NCBI GenBank assembly: GCA_051942245.1 | Contig: JAVECL010000096.1 | Coordinates: 1-54,672, forward strand | Length of the DNA stretch: 54,672 bases | Source: Trypethelium eluteriae | Lineage: Eukaryota | Direction of reading: 5' to 3' | Part shown: positions 1 through 15,031 of the stretch, one piece after another | Numbering within the stretch: position 1 is the stretch's first letter | Layout: each line of letters opens with the position of its first letter | The notes under the pieces: generated by a model | The model's input: only the letters and a program-made list of their open reading frames with translations | Databases searched by the model: none | Told to the model about the DNA's origin: nothing | Program-made: the position numbers and the translations under genes

Positions 1-347
1 CTGTTGGGGTGGGCATGGAGGAGGTGACGGATGATGATATTCTGCGGGCGGTAAAGAGTTTGGAACCACTGGGAAGTGGGTTTGCCGTGATTGGTTTGGG
101 GAGTCGGCAGATGATAAGGAGCGTGCCGAAAGAGTTGAATACGGATCAGAGTATGGTTTTGGAGGCGTTGCAGGTGTTGGGATTTGTCACAGTGTCGATG
201 TTGAGGGACAATTTGGGATGGGAAGGAGCCAGAGCTATGGCGGTGACACAAGATCTTGTGAGCGACTCACTGGTGTGGGTGGATTCGCAGGCTGGAGAAA
301 CGGAGTACTGGACGCTTACATTCATCCACGATACGGGAGGGCAATAA
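1..347 (+). CDS. SNF8: ESCRT-II subunit Snf8/Vps22, 3' part (5'-truncated by window edge)
   Basis: Translation VTDDDILRAVKSLEPLGSGF...IRSVPKELNTDQSMVLEA...LGWEGARA...LVWVDSQ...EYW is the typical EAP30/Vps22 C-terminus; stop TAA at 345-347. Confidence 0.9.
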   Translation, partial: VGVGMEEVTDDDILRAVKSLEPLGSGFAVIGLGSRQMIRSVPKELNTDQSMVLEALQVLGFVTVSMLRDNLGWEGARAMAVTQDLVSDSLVWVDSQAGETEYWTLTFIHDTGGQ

Positions 348-509
348 GAATGCCACACGTGTGCTCAGTGGCACTAGGATTTTCACCCTGTAACATGTCT
401 AGCTAGGTATGATGCCCGCATTATGAGTCTGTCTCATCTTGACATTTCTCTGTTCCCTAAACGCCACAGCCGATGTTGACCAGCCTCGAATGAACGCAAC
501 TCGTGCAAC

Positions 510-3138
510 TCATGCTTTGATAGCGCCACCCAGAGCGCCACCAGTGAATCCCTGTCCTCTCCTAGCACCACCTTGCGCACCACCTCGTCCCTGCTGACGA
601 CCGCCCCGCTGTCCGCCTCTGCCACCCCGTTGAGCCCCTTGCCTCTCAAACGCATTTGCCGTTCCCTGCGTCCGTTGTTCCAGGGTCCTTTCATTGCTTT
701 CGATGAGGCCGCTCGCCTTGTCGCTCAGAGTTAACGCCAAGCTTTGCAATCTTGACAACTCAACACCCTTGCGGAAGATGATTGCGCTATTCACTTGGTC
801 TAGTGCAGCAGCAAGCTCCTCATGCGAGATCATCTTCGAAACCACGGCGGCGACACGTCGTTCTGTCAGATCAAACATCGACGCAAGCGTGCTGACGGCA
901 AGCGTATCGTAGAAGGGTGCGTAGGTAAAGAGATACGTACGCAGACCTTCTTCTTGAATTTGTTCGGCTAACATTGCCTTGATTTTGGCGGCCTGAGCCA
1001 TGAGATCCCAGATCTTAATTGCGTTGATGAAGTCGGCTGCTTTACGCCATTCGCCAGCGGCTAGGGCTTTGGACGCCTGCATGACATGGTCGCGCGTGTT
1101 CTCCGGAGGGCCGGTGAAAATTTGGCGCTCGTGGTATTCCAGCATACGTCGGTAGGTCTTGCTGATGACCCGTTTCTTGATATCTGGAGAAGAGCCAGTC
1201 TGAGCCAGGAGAGGAATTTCGAGGAGCATAGAGCAGGTGAGGTAGACGCATTCGAGGAGTTCTAGATTGATATGCATATGGAAAGGCAGTTGCCGTTGCC
1301 GCTCAAGACGCTCCTGTTCAGGCGTTACCTGCGAGTATCGTTGAATTTGCATCCCCTGAGCGAGCAATTCTTTCTGTCGACCGCTGCCGCAGATCTCTTG
1401 TAAAGAATGCTGAGCCTCGTAAACCAGACCTGCACGAAATGCGCACAGTCCAACCTGGACGAGAGTGCGATTGTAGAGGATTTGGGTATTAACATCGAAG
1501 TTTCCAATCGTGTCTTGCAAGTGCGACATGAGCATCATATCGCGAGCTCGGTAGTATTGATCATGGAGCGCAAGGAAATAGACTTGGCATAACATTGCGC
1601 GAGCGCGAAGGATGCCCTCGCTATGCTTGAAAAGGTAAGTGCAGAGAGTCTGGACCAAATTAGTGATATCCGCACCTTGTCCACGAGGAGTAATTTCGGA
1701 GTTGAGGTTTTCCGGGATCGCTTTCCATGTGTTGTCTTCCAGTATTGTTACAACCTGGGAGGGTTTGAAATAGACGTGCTCCAGGCGGCGCATGACCACA
1801 CGATTGACGCCATCTTGAGAAGAATCCAGTTGCAGATCACGCTTGAGCCTCTCAGCATAAAGCAGAGACCGAACAATGTTGGTATACAATGCACCTTCAT
1901 CTGTTAGTCTCTCGATATACTCGGCTGTATGGGGATCAATGTGCTGCAAAGATCGAGTGAGTTCGTCGTCCAATCGTTCGGCGAAAGAGACGATGCTCCC
2001 TGGAATCTTGAGCTTTTCGCCTGGCTTAGCTTGGGGTTGTTTCTCGTCATCCTCCCATTCCTCAGCACCTTCCACGACAATCATGTCTGGGTTGTTCTCC
2101 AGCGTGACAAGAAGAGTAGAAAGCTCCTGCTCAGCAAGCTTCCATTGTTCTTGCGACATTTGACTGCCCGTACCAGAGGTCAAGTCAAACCTCGTAGAGA
2201 CCAGTGTCAAGAGCACGCGGATCTTTTGGTAGTCCGTCGCGGCAACGTCAAGAAGCCTTTCCATTACTCGGATCTGTTCCAGCCGGTCGGTATTCTTTCG
2301 GCCTCTTGATTCAACAATTGTTCGCAAGTGCTTCAGAATACTCTCGGGCGTATATTGTAAGGCCTTTCCACCTGCACCAACCATGGTGAATCCATCCTCG
2401 TCAGCGCCTGCAACTGTTTCCCCAAGGTCCAAGACCGTTCGCCTTGGCTTTTTCGGTGCTGGTGCAACTTCTTCGATAACTTCTTCGCGCATAAAACTCT
2501 CCTTATCCTCACGATATGCCGTAATATCCTTTTCATAGTCTTTGTTATTCCTTCGAATCTTTTGCCGGATAGCATTAAGACCTCGCGTATTGATTGCATT
2601 CATCTTTTTAGGCGTGACCTTTTGCTTCTCGATCGTCTCCAACATGATTGTCTCTAGGTCAGCTATTGTCTTGACATAAAGTTTCGGTACTTTGGCATCG
2701 ACAATCAATTTGGGCACCTGACGGTTGAGCTTGTCATACTCTATATCACAGGTCAGTCCGCGCGCGGCGTCAGAAGGGCCATGTTTTCCTACCAGAAGAA
2801 ATGACAGCCCAATCATTGATCTTTTCAGCATTTTCGATCAAGCGCACGGTTCCCTCCAATTCCTCGAAGCGCTTGTCCTTCGCACTCTTTACGACTGTGG
2901 CTTTATCCTCTTCATCTGTACTCTCCTCGTCGCTCACGTCCTTCATGAAGCGACTCGCCCCTCCCTTGGCACCAGCCTCATCGCTTTCTGACTCATCCTC
3001 CTCATCCTCATCTTCCTCCTCGTCAGATTCTTCTTCAGATTCCTCTTCAGACTTTTCTGCTTCCTCGTCACCGGAGTAGAGCTCCTCTTCTTCGGAGGAC
3101 TCGCTGGAGCTATCACTACCGTGAAAGAAGCGAGACAT
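510..3138 (-). CDS. NIP1: Eukaryotic translation initiation factor 3 subunit C
   Basis: ATG at 3138 (MSRFFHG, acidic tract, [13 protein letters not shown]). One intron 2741-2792 (GTAGGA..CTGAC..TAG) joins WAVISS-E-YDKLNR. Motifs [14 protein letters not shown] and [16 protein letters not shown] region and RGG tail are present. Confidence 0.96.
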
Positions 3139-4216
3139 CTTGAGAACGGTGTTGGTAGTGCTCTTTTTCGAGGAGATTGACGGTGGTGAATGGACCTGAG
3201 TGGCGTTGGCGATGAGTAGTGGGGCGTCCAGCAGACGATTTGTGTGAGAAACGGCAAATGCCGCTCGACTTTTCGACGTGTCACAGCTACGCACGTGCCA
3301 GTTGGTGCTCTCTTAGGTAAGCTAAGGTACTCTACTCTACCTTAGGTACTTTACGTCCATATAACCTCTCATCCCAATTACCGCATTTCTGGTGTTTCAA
3401 CGTTGGATCATTTGCCCATTTACTCTACATATATTGCAAAACCACCCACAGTAGTCATCGTAGATATGTAAATATTGAAATAAATGGGAAAGAAGATTGA
3501 ACGGAGATGTTGTGTATTATCTGTCTGTGTGCCAAATATAATCTTTAGATCGCACGCTTTACTAGATTCCTAGCACTATCATGTTAGGTACCTTATTTTT
3601 GGTATCATGTCTAGTCGTCTCGCTCAGGTCTCCTTTCAAGCTCATCATATGTTAAGTCACGGAAATTCGGGCCTTTGTGCGTTTATTCTGTACCCTCTCA
3701 GGATAAATGACTTCTATCTTGAGGGGTTTTTTAAAAGAAAAGAGAAAACACTTCATCAAAGCGCACAACAGACTGGGCATCTTCAAGGCCTCATACAGTT
3801 GGCTTCAATTTTTATTCCTGACACCTGGAGAGCTACTGTGAAGAGAAACATGCCCGCTTTCCAGACACCGAAGAGGCGCTTCCTGTACCTAACCAACGCC
3901 CAGCCGCAAACATATCATACATACGTACAACGCGGGTATTCATGCCCATGCCTTGAAACACGAAAAAGCGAATTGTTGCTTGCAACATGCCTCCTCCGTC
4001 CTTCTGAAGATACGGGAGCCAACGCAAAGCTGCATCAGATGATCGCTACCGCAGCGATCCTCACCAGGTCGTGTTTGGTGACACATAATCGCGGGCAGGA
4101 AGGAACTTCTCATCTAGCGCTCGTCGCTGAGTGATTGCCCCAGTAAAATCAAGCAATTTGGCTTCCGTCCAATGATCGTGACTTTCTGAACCCCAATTTA
4201 ACTTTACCTCTTTTAT

Positions 4217-7137
<2,921 letters not shown>

Positions 7138-8588
7138 TCTTGTAGAATATCCTCGTTACGAGCGCTTTTCGGAGTGGACGAGCACGCGTCTTCCAGGTAG
7201 CACAGTATTGGCGGGGGGAGGGCAAAAGCCCTAAGCGCGCCCCTTGGTAATTATTGACTCCGGACAATTATGTACCCAGTTCAACTTCGGCGAGATATCG
7301 ATTTTGAGAAGGGCAGAAAGCGGATAGATGCTGCGGGCCGGACCCAATCTGCTTTATGGTGTGGTGTGCCTCGTACCGATGATTGGACAATAAAGCTGTC
7401 TGGTGTCGGCCAAGCAAGGCAAAAAGGACAAAATTAACTGAACAGTTCTTCACGCGAGTCCTGGGGTTCTCAGAGTAGACTCATCCCAAAGGAAAGGGGA
7501 AAGGCGAAGCAGAGCAGGTGGCTAGTGAGAGGTTGCGGACCCAGGCAGACTGCCGAAGGTGTGGGTGTGGTGTGTATGACGGACGGCTGCTTTCGTGCCC
7601 GTGGGAACAGGCACACCTCAAAACCCAGAACTATGGACATGGGCGACAGCGACTTGAGCTACCTAAGTACTATACCTATCCACCTCTCTCATCTTTCCTA
7701 CATTTGTCTTGAGATTCAGGTCGTGTATATGGCATCCGATGCAATCATCATCTTGACGCCAGAGGCAACGCATGCCCACCAGCTCGACGTGGGGCCTTGG
7801 GGTTGGTAGGCGCCTTCAGTCCGCTACAAACACTGCCTACCTTACCTCACGGAATTATACCATCATGTTCACATGGACCATTTGCTCACGAGGTGGGCTA
7901 GCGGGTCGTGGTCAAGCCCAGCGTCCCAAACAATGCTTCAAGCGTCGCACTTTTCCCATTGCTTTCACTGCAGAGCGCGGGTTTACAGATTGAAAGGAAC
8001 CAGACGGATACTTCACCCGGGTCACGGCAAATGCTTTTAGTTGATCGCATCTTGTCAAATGGGAAAGCGGGCCGACAGCTCTTGCAGGAAGTAAGCGTTT
8101 TTAATGCCCAACTCAGGCCGGGATTGTGGCCAGACCTGTGGAATCGGAGTGAGAACCTTCGAGGCAGGCGTGGCAGGGCAGGGCAGCTGACCACGGTAAC
8201 TGGACGCTCGCCAGGCCTCTTGCATGCGCACCATGGGAATGTAGGAACTGGATGAATCATTTCTGGATGGAACGGAGAAGCCATCTCACTCATTGCCCTG
8301 AGACGCAGATATTCATGTCCATCTGGTTCTGATGTAGTTTCACGGACGCAGGGTTCAGGGGACGAAACTGGAACGGGAAGAGTTGAGCGGAATGACGCAA
8401 ATAAGTCAGGCAGGTAGCACCAGTACACCAGTAGGTGCGCGCTGTGGCTGCCGAATGAGACAGGACGTCGGTCGGAAGTTTGCACTTCGCGTCACCGGAC
8501 CCTCGACAGTCGTGGCGAGAGACCTCTTCTGGAGATTTTTTCATGTCATCAATTGTGGAACTCCCTTATCTGATGTTTGCCAAGCATT

Positions 8589-10052
8589 ATGCTCCGCAGT
8601 AATACGTTTAACCCCGACCGCCAACCCCTGCGCCACAACACGACCTTTACTCTTTACCAAGATCACACCCGTGGGCCTGTACCATTTCTAAATCCTACCC
8701 GCGCCCGCTATGAACAATATTATAATGCTGCAGGTTTGCCAATCGCCAAGGAGGAGGCACCTGAGGCTCCCCCGGCTGCGGATACCGAGTCCAGAAGAGA
8801 GAAAACAAAACCCGCCTTGACGTATCAATGGACTTCTCGAGACAATCGCAAAGGAAGACATCGTTTGATAGTTCCATCTGCATCGGATTCCAAAGCGACA
8901 GAGTCCATCCCAGGAATTGACGCGCCGAAACCAAGCAACTCCTTGCAGTCTGTATCGCACGGTCTCTGGTTGATGTGCACATACTATCCTGTTTGGGACA
9001 TCTCTTTTGATGTTGCATACATCTTTACCTGGGGTTCGATTGTCTGGGTCATCAATGCCTTCTTTTCCTTTCTTCCTCTTGCGCAGCCTAGCACTGAGTT
9101 TCCAGGAGAGATTCAAATTGGCGGCGGCATCACTGCTTTTATCGGTGCCACCATCTTCGAAATCGGAAGTGTGCTCCTTCTTATTGAAGCAGTAAATGCT
9201 GGAAGGGAAGGGTGCTTCGGGTGGGCTGTCGAGAACGCTTGGTATGGTGGTAACAAGAGTAGCAGTACTAGCGAAGAGAACCAGATGCGGGAGCAACAAC
9301 CAGAAACCAATGCTGCTCCAGCAGACAGCCAGCGCAACGGCGACTCTCAGCCAGCCCCCTCAGAAAAGAGTAAAACGACAGGGGCGAGCAAAAGTACCAC
9401 ACTTAGCATTCGCCCAGACAAAAGCCGTTGCATCCACCACCACCCCAACAAGCGCAATCTTGTCGGTAAGCCTCCAGCCTCCGCCATCGCGACCCAAGAT
9501 TTCCCGAACCCGATAGGCTCTACCGATACGACCCTGACGTCGAGCACCTCTCGCAACTGGACCTGGTTTCCCACCCTCTCCGACCTACGCACCCACTACC
9601 TCCACGAACTTGGGTTCCTCGCCTCCCTCGTCCAGTTCTTCGCCGCCACCATTTTCTGGATCGCGGGTTTCACTGCTCTCCCACACATCAACTCCGCCCT
9701 CTCCCCCGGCGCGCTCGACGGCATCTATTGGACCCCGCAGGTCCTCGGCGGCGTCGGCTTCATCGTGTCCGGATTCCTGTTCATGCTTGAGACGCAGCCG
9801 AATTGGTATACACCCGCGCTGGGCACACTAGGCTGGCACATCGGCTTGTGGAATTTGATCGGAGGTGTGGGCTTCACGTTATGTCCGGCGTTCGGGTACT
9901 GTACCAAGAGTTGGTGTGTGTATCAGGCGAGTTTGAGCACGTTCTGGGGCAGTTGGGCATTTTTGGTGGGAAGCGCAGTTCAGTGGTACGAGAGTTTACA
10001 GAAATACCCCGTGGAGGTGGAAAAAGGAGGGAAGAAAGTGGTGGATAGCTGA
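8589..10052 (+). CDS. Fungal multi-pass integral membrane protein of unknown function
   Basis: Long intronless ORF with first ATG at 8589; QWTSRDNRKGRH motif, two N-terminal and four C-terminal hydrophobic helices rich in W/G/F (e.g. LGWHIGLWNLIGGVGFTLC, TFWGSWAFLVGS). Confidence 0.8.
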   Translation: MLRSNTFNPDRQPLRHNTTFTLYQDHTRGPVPFLNPTRARYEQYYNAAGLPIAKEEAPEAPPAADTESRREKTKPALTYQWTSRDNRKGRHRLIVPSASDSKATESIPGIDAPKPSNSLQSVSHGLWLMCTYYPVWDISFDVAYIFTWGSIVWVINAFFSFLPLAQPSTEFPGEIQIGGGITAFIGATIFEIGSVLLLIEAVNAGREGCFGWAVENAWYGGNKSSSTSEENQMREQQPETNAAPADSQRNGDSQPAPSEKSKTTGASKSTTLSIRPDKSRCIHHHPNKRNLVGKPPASAIATQDFPNPIGSTDTTLTSSTSRNWTWFPTLSDLRTHYLHELGFLASLVQFFAATIFWIAGFTALPHINSALSPGALDGIYWTPQVLGGVGFIVSGFLFMLETQPNWYTPALGTLGWHIGLWNLIGGVGFTLCPAFGYCTKSWCVYQASLSTFWGSWAFLVGSAVQWYESLQKYPVEVEKGGKKVVDS

Positions 10053-10668
10053 GGTCCGAGGAGGACAGAAAAGCTAGAAATGGGATTGAGCATTGCGGCT
10101 GAAAAGTGCAGGCGTGGGTGGTATTTTTCCTGTAGCATCATTGTATTTCTTTTTGATCGGATACCCACAAGTGTACAGTATTATTGTATTACTTTGTAAT
10201 TGTTCTACGAACTAGGTCTTCATCATTGGCCTCGACTTCGATGCGTCACCAAGAAGAGTCAGAATTCATGGACCCTCAGAATGCAGCCGAACACTAATTC
10301 GGCTGGTAATTCTACCCATATGGGTTGGGGGTTCTTGAGTTCTTCCAGTAGAAGTTCAGAAACACCGGCTCTGAAGTAACGGTTGGAAGAATAATATTTG
10401 GAGAAAGATATAGGAGAGCGAATTGACAGAATGATAATTTGTGGAATACCATAATCTTGTTCTCGCTTTGTACAAACTAGGAAGGCCCCCATCTTGGATT
10501 TTGGGCACTCAATAGCGTATATGTTCTGTCAATTCATAGTTAGTCGTCCCAACGTTAACGCTGTATAATATCTATCAATAACGCCTTTCTATCCCATCGC
10601 CAAAATCATGCCAATGCCAAGATTTCTCCAAGTCGCCTGATTATGATGACCAATATTCGCGCCCGTAA

Positions 10669-12708
10669 TCACCACCCAAACTTCTCCACCTCTATTCCAA
10701 CGTCCCTGCCCTCTCTTACCATACCAGCACATTCATTTCTCACCTCTCGATTCATTCCATCCGGCCCAGAGCATACCACTTCTGTCCTCATGTTCCACTT
10801 CGGCCCACCCCACCCTTCTCCCCTCAATCCCTTTTCATGCCTTTCCACCGCGTCTCTTACTAGCATCCGCATATCCGGTCTCCCAGCCTCCTCAGTCGGC
10901 TGCGGCACCATGATATCTAGCCCGCGCTCGTCCAGCTCACGCAGGCGTTCGTCGCCGATCCAAGCCAGGTGCTCAACTCGGTGCACGATCCAGATGAGAC
11001 ACACTCGTTTCGCACTTCCATGCCGCCGCGCCTGGTACGGGTCCTCAATATCGACATCAATATCAGCCGAGGGCGAACAAGGATCCATGAGGAGACTCCA
11101 CAGGAGCGGAAACGCAACAGCGATACCCGAGCCGCCGGCGACGAGGAGCGCGAGGTCGGCGTCACGGAGGCGATCAAGGGCGGAAGACGAGCCGTAGGGG
11201 CCATCGACACGGAGTGTAGCTTGGGGGTGCGAGAGCGCATATTGCAACAGATCACGAGAAAACCCATCGTGCGCGCGTACGATCAGGTTGAACCAGGCAT
11301 GAGTGGTTCCTCCTTCTGAGTCTTCCGCGACCCGCCTCCGACGTCCAGGAGCTGCAGATGCGATCGTGAACGGATGCGCTTGGAGCATGTATCGTCGGCC
11401 CAAGCTCGGAACGGTGATGTAAACGTGCTGCGCAGGCTTCCACCCGTACTTTATACCGCCCAACCCAGTCCACCGTGTCCAGAATGATGACCGAGGCGGC
11501 TGCCAATTTGCGGATACAAGGACAGTGTCCTCATCGTGGGCGACGGTGAGATCAGCGCGGAGAGTGCGGGTTTGAGACAGTAGGCGAAAGACGAGGCGGT
11601 CTATGAGGAAGATGGCCAGTGCAGCGGCAACGTAGGGACGAGCGCCATGGTGATGGAAGAACAGGAAGACGAGAGCGGCGAGTTGGAGAAAGACATGCAG
11701 GGCGAGGAACGTTTCGTACCGATGCTGGCGGAAGCTGCTCAGGCTGCTGAAGTAGAGGGTTTCGTATGAAATAAATGCAAGGAGGCCCAGGATAGTGATT
11801 CTGCTGGTGAGGAAGTGAAGGAAGGTGAAACGAGAACTCTGCAGAGTAAGGAAGGCAAGAAACATGCAAATCGTATGAATGAGGGCTTCCAAGCAGAGTA
11901 TTTCGCCTAGGCGGCGGTGGAAGATATTGAGAGCTTCATAAGAGTAACCAGTGAGGTGTTTAAGGGGCGTATTCTTAGCAGAGAGGAGGTAGAGCCATGG
12001 AAGATTGGCGACAAACACAAGCCCGGCGCGGTCACCAAGCAAGAAGAAGGTCCCCTCGGTTAAATTCAAGCGATAAAAGGTGTAAAAGATGTTGAGGGTG
12101 ACGAAAAGGAGAATGCAGATGGTAGTGCCGTTCGGAGATAGACTCTTCTTGATAAATGGAACCTGACGAGGCTGATAGAGAAGAAAAGCACGAATTCGGG
12201 AGATTGCGTTATGCTTCGGTGACGATATGTCTTTCTGGCCAGCAAGTAACGGAGTATTTTCATGGCCATTTTTGAGTGAAGGGTACCCCGGATCAAAATA
12301 GGCATTTTCCTGCATTGTGCTGCTTGAGGAGGACGATGCAGAATAGTCACAGTCCCGCTCTTGTACCCGCACGCCATCAAGTGTGTCCTTTGCTGATGTA
12401 TTCGACTGCTTCCATCTTCGTTTCTGTATATTCCTTCTCCGTCGTCTCTGATGAATCCTTCTGCTCCAATGTACGATGGCTGTCGATAGTACTATCACGA
12501 GCGGAACGACCTGGTAAGTAAGGATGAACCTTCGCGAGAACCGTATCCCCTTGATGAGAGTGTAAAAGCGTCGATCGTGTTGGAGTGAATCATTGCCAGA
12601 GCTTGATACCGTGATATCGTCTACCAACGACCCTTTTGAGTGACGTAAGCTTGCTTTGAGGGAGTACCGAAGGGCAGCTCGAAGCCACTCATCCGAGGGA
12701 TAGTCCAT
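10669..12708 (-). CDS. Ferric/cupric reductase-like transmembrane protein (FRE/NOX superfamily)
   Basis: Heme-binding His in LNIFHRRLG and FLALHVFLQ..FFHH, FAD motif QAHPFTIAS, NADPH motifs VDGPYG and LLVAGGSGIA, VVCSGP and C-terminal EKFGW. Confidence 0.9.
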   Translation of the reverse strand: MDYPSDEWLRAALRYSLKASLRHSKGSLVDDITVSSSGNDSLQHDRRFYTLIKGIRFSRRFILTYQVVPLVIVLSTAIVHWSRRIHQRRRRRNIQKRRWKQSNTSAKDTLDGVRVQERDCDYSASSSSSSTMQENAYFDPGYPSLKNGHENTPLLAGQKDISSPKHNAISRIRAFLLYQPRQVPFIKKSLSPNGTTICILLFVTLNIFYTFYRLNLTEGTFFLLGDRAGLVFVANLPWLYLLSAKNTPLKHLTGYSYEALNIFHRRLGEILCLEALIHTICMFLAFLTLQSSRFTFLHFLTSRITILGLLAFISYETLYFSSLSSFRQHRYETFLALHVFLQLAALVFLFFHHHGARPYVAAALAIFLIDRLVFRLLSQTRTLRADLTVAHDEDTVLVSANWQPPRSSFWTRWTGLGGIKYGWKPAQHVYITVPSLGRRYMLQAHPFTIASAAPGRRRRVAEDSEGGTTHAWFNLIVRAHDGFSRDLLQYALSHPQATLRVDGPYGSSSALDRLRDADLALLVAGGSGIAVAFPLLWSLLMDPCSPSADIDVDIEDPYQARRHGSAKRVCLIWIVHRVEHLAWIGDERLRELDERGLDIMVPQPTEEAGRPDMRMLVRDAVERHEKGLRGEGWGGPKWNMRTEVVCSGPDGMNREVRNECAGMVREGRDVGIEVEKFGW

Positions 12709-13450
12709 CACATCAAGGCAAATTCACGGACATCGGATAGCACGATCTGGACAGGTCAAAAAGGTCCAAAGTGATGCGACGTTGAGAAAGCGACATGACG
12801 TACCTTAGAGTTGCTGTGCTCATCATGCCCCTCTAGTGGCTGGTGGATGGAAGCGTGCACGGCGTGGTAAGGAACAAAACTCCGGGCCAGCACATCAAAA
12901 GTACATCCCTTTCAAGCGATAACGCCTTGTGTATTTACATACTTAGGCAATGTACTTGCTGGCCCTTTGCAGTAGATTGGCAAACCCAGACATCCGAGGA
13001 GGTCTCAAACGGGACTTTATACAATTTGCATGCCGGAAGAAATCCAATAGGAAGGAACTAAGGTCTTGTTGAGGACTCGAATGCGCCGTTGTCTATGATC
13101 ACTACAGTCTGTCCATACAACTGAAATCTATTCGTAAGCACATCCACTAGAGATTCCCACATTCAAGATGGTTTTGCATGCCAGCAGCCTAAAAGAAACA
13201 GACCCATCAAACACAGACATCAGCGAAGATGCCATCATACAGGAAATATCTAGTGGCCTTGGTGTTTTAGCTATTAAGTGACACCGGACTCAGAAGTGAT
13301 GTAAGCATTATCAGCGGTTGGGCTGCTGAAGCCTTTTCAATCTATTTCGAACGGCATCGAAACCTTCAGTGCAAATGCCTTGAACTTTCCGCCAAAACCG
13401 AGCGTGCAGCAGCAATACCTGTGGAATACAAACGCGGTTACATGGATATT

Positions 13451-15031
13451 CTACTGCTTGATAGCATACTTTCTTCGGAACATGTCGTCCACGTCGGTGA
13501 GATAGTATGTATTCGGGAAAATGGTTTCCGGATTTCCGCTGGGGCTGTAGTTCTTCTGAAGGTGAGCCTTCTCACGGAGATTGCACATCTACACGAGGAA
13601 TGTTAGCTGTTTCTCATTGCAAAGGCCGTCCTCGACTCACATCATCATAAACTTGTGGAGGAACCACACGCCTCGCTGCCAAGCGATTCTGGATATCCAG
13701 CTTTTCTTGGATATCCTTGGTGCTACCAACGACCTTCAAGCTAAAGAAGGAGCTAGCAAGACCACTTCCATAACTGAAGACGCCAATTCTCTTTCCTTGC
13801 AGGTCCGAGGAATCTACGTTGCTTAAAACGCTGCAAAGACTGCCATAAACACTGGCCGAATACATATTACCGCACATAGTGGGGACCTGGATGCCCGGTT
13901 GCACGCGCTGGGCGTAGCGCTTCTTGGCAAGAGCCATGAAGGTCTTCTCGAGCGTCTTGTCTGTGAGACTGGCCTCCTTGGATAAGTTACGTATCTCTGC
14001 GGGCACTTCTGCGAAGAGAGGGTTCGAGGGGTCATTGAGAAAGTCATTGTAGAGCAGCCGAGCGTAAGACTTGGAGACTAGCTTGCAAGTCGGTGCATGG
14101 AAAATGACGTTGTCAAATCGGTCGAGAGGGGTTTGAACAGATTCCGTTGTTGCGTGCCCATTGGTACCGTTGGCTTGACCGTGTAACTTCGCTTCGCGAT
14201 CGTTGTAGGCTTTGTAGCAGGCGTCAACGGCTTCGGTATAGCATTTGATCGAAAAGTGCCCATCCACGATTGGATATTCACTAGTAAGGTCCGGCTTGTA
14301 GAAATCATAGGCGTGGACGATATAGCTCCCACGAAGACCAGGTTCGACAACTATTGGAGCATCGGGTCCGATGAGCATGGCTACACAGCCAGCACCTCCC
14401 GTTGGTCGCGCATTACCCTTTTTGTACAGAGCAATGTCACCAGCTACGACAATCGCGTTGCGACCGTCCCAGTAGGAAGAATCCATCCAATTCACCGTGT
14501 TGAACAGAGCATTTGTGCCACCGTAGCAGGCATTGACAGTGTCTACACCCTCTACATTGGTATTTCCAGAGTCTTGGAAGAGCTGCATTAAGACTGACTT
14601 GACTGACTTAGATTTGTCCAGCAGCGTCTCTGTGCCCACCTCGAGCCTGCCAATGGATCTGGGGTCTATAGAGTACTTGCGGAGAAGGGATGAGACAGCA
14701 GTCAGAGCGAGAGAATAGATATCTGGCATGAGACATTAGCCAAGAATACATCGAGCCTTCGAAGAGCACATCTTACCTTCTCTGTCATCACAAAAGCTCA
14801 TTTTCGTCTGTCCGAGACCGATTGTATACTTGCCCTGGCTTACGCCATCGAACTTCTCAAGCTCAGCCTGGTCTACACACTGCAATGTATATGGTCAATT
14901 GATGTTTCTATTCACAACCGCCAGCTCCCTAGATCTTGCTCTCCCGAAGCGCTCCAAGAAGAAGTTCATACCTGACTCGGAAAGTAAAGTTCCATGGCTT
15001 TGATGCCCACATTTTGAGGTCGCGCAGCCAT
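13451..15031 (-). CDS. ERG13: Hydroxymethylglutaryl-CoA synthase
   Basis: Exons 14972-15031, 14777-14879, 13641-14722, 13451-13588. [46 protein letters not shown], catalytic [23 protein letters not shown] and FSYGSG. Confidence 0.97.

Noticed and set aside
3607..4134. 175-aa + strand ORF
   Set aside because: Antisense to the YAK1 3'UTR; no motifs or codon bias.
7898..8544. Overlapping minus-strand ORFs (195 aa, 84 aa) between YAK1 and the membrane protein gene
   Set aside because: No family motifs or convincing splice model; the region is a divergent promoter.
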